From the NCBI GenBank assembly GCA_002633005.1, contig NMRA01000217.1, forward strand, positions 248,001-311,669: 63,669 nt of DNA. Direction: 5' to 3'. Source of the DNA: Phoronis australis (Eukaryota > Animalia > Phoronida). Positions 62,890 through 63,669 of this stretch are shown here, piece after piece. The stretch's first letter is position 1; each line of letters opens with the position of its first letter. A model generated the notes under the pieces. The model had not been told where the DNA came from. It saw nothing but the letters and a program-made list of their open reading frames with translations, and ran no database searches. Both the position numbers and the translations under genes were made by a program.

Positions 62890-62914
62890 GTATGTCTTGC
62901 AGGCCAACTAACGG

Positions 62915-63669
62915 TTTTTATGCGCCCACATATTTATATGTGGATGCATTATGCCGTCATCTCTGTCCGGGCGGCGTCCGCTGCTTTATCTTCAAAACCC
63001 TTTGACATACGTTCTTGAAATTTGGCACATATGTTCCATTCATGAATGGGACGGCATGTGCGAACTTTCGGACAGATCCGAGTACCGGTGTGCCCCCTAG
63101 TGGCAATTTTAATTTTTTTACGCTTACCTTTGTATCTTCACAAGTCCTTAACAGATTTTCATGAAATTTGGTATGTAGGCACCTATTAGTGAGATGACGC
63201 TATCCTCCCGTTTTCAGATGGATTTGACATAGTTTGCGCCACCTAGTGGCCATTTTTAGTGTTTGCGAGTCTGTTTATGTGCGTCCACCCCTCTATCAAC
63301 CAAACCGCTCAAAGGATAATTGTGAAAATTGGTATTTATATGCTTACTATGTAGAGGACGGTTGACGATGATTTTCCGACGATTTCGACTACTGTGGCGC
63401 CTCCTAGTGGCAGTTTTGTTTTTTTTTTGCGCCTATGGCTGTATCTCCTAAACCGTTCGCAGGATCTTTACGAAATTGTGTAAGTATATTTATATGATGT
63501 TAACAACGGAAGATGACGACTTTTGGACGGATCCGACTACTGGTGTGCCCCGTAGTGGCAATTTTAGTTTTCTACGCTTACCTTTGTATCTTCAAAAGTC
63601 CTGAACGGATTTTCATGAAATTTGGTATGTAGGCACCTATTAGTGAGATGACGCTATCTTCCCATTTTC
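62915..63669 (+). mobile_element. Helentron/HINE (DINE-1-like) non-autonomous element with about 150 bp internal tandem repeats
   Basis: T-run start, 5' inverted repeat 62920-62949, GTCC-type stretch, then tandem units with ATGAAATTTGG and CCNCCTAGTGG; runs off window. Confidence 0.7.

Overview
Eukaryotic (invertebrate metazoan-type), AT-rich, intron-rich genomic DNA, not prokaryotic; almost all ORF-track entries are intronic noise or single exons. Hand-splicing (GT-AG, phases checked) gives four conserved genes in two head-to-head pairs: <-SUPT5H/Spt5 (15 coding exons, 550 codons, 3' end runs off the left edge) | ZC3H4/ZC3H6/Su(s)-like CCCH protein-> (about 1059 aa) <-CRK/CRKL adaptor (complete, 275 aa) | NUP210/gp210-> (first 5 exons, runs off the right edge). 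Introns hold a 3'-truncated DIRS-like retroelement with an open gag-like ORF, several MITEs/palindromes, minisatellites and a Helentron/HINE-like element carrying a periodic array of CTCF-like motifs. Four tandem 'duplications' abutting N positions are most likely uncollapsed haplotypes. Best leads: a shared promoter for Spt5 and the Restrictor subunit ZC3H4, an exact 14-mer common to both bidirectional promoters, a YDSP/YxxP repeat in ZC3H4 beside CRK, and repeated 50-60 nt micro-duplications of splice junctions. None is proven from sequence alone.
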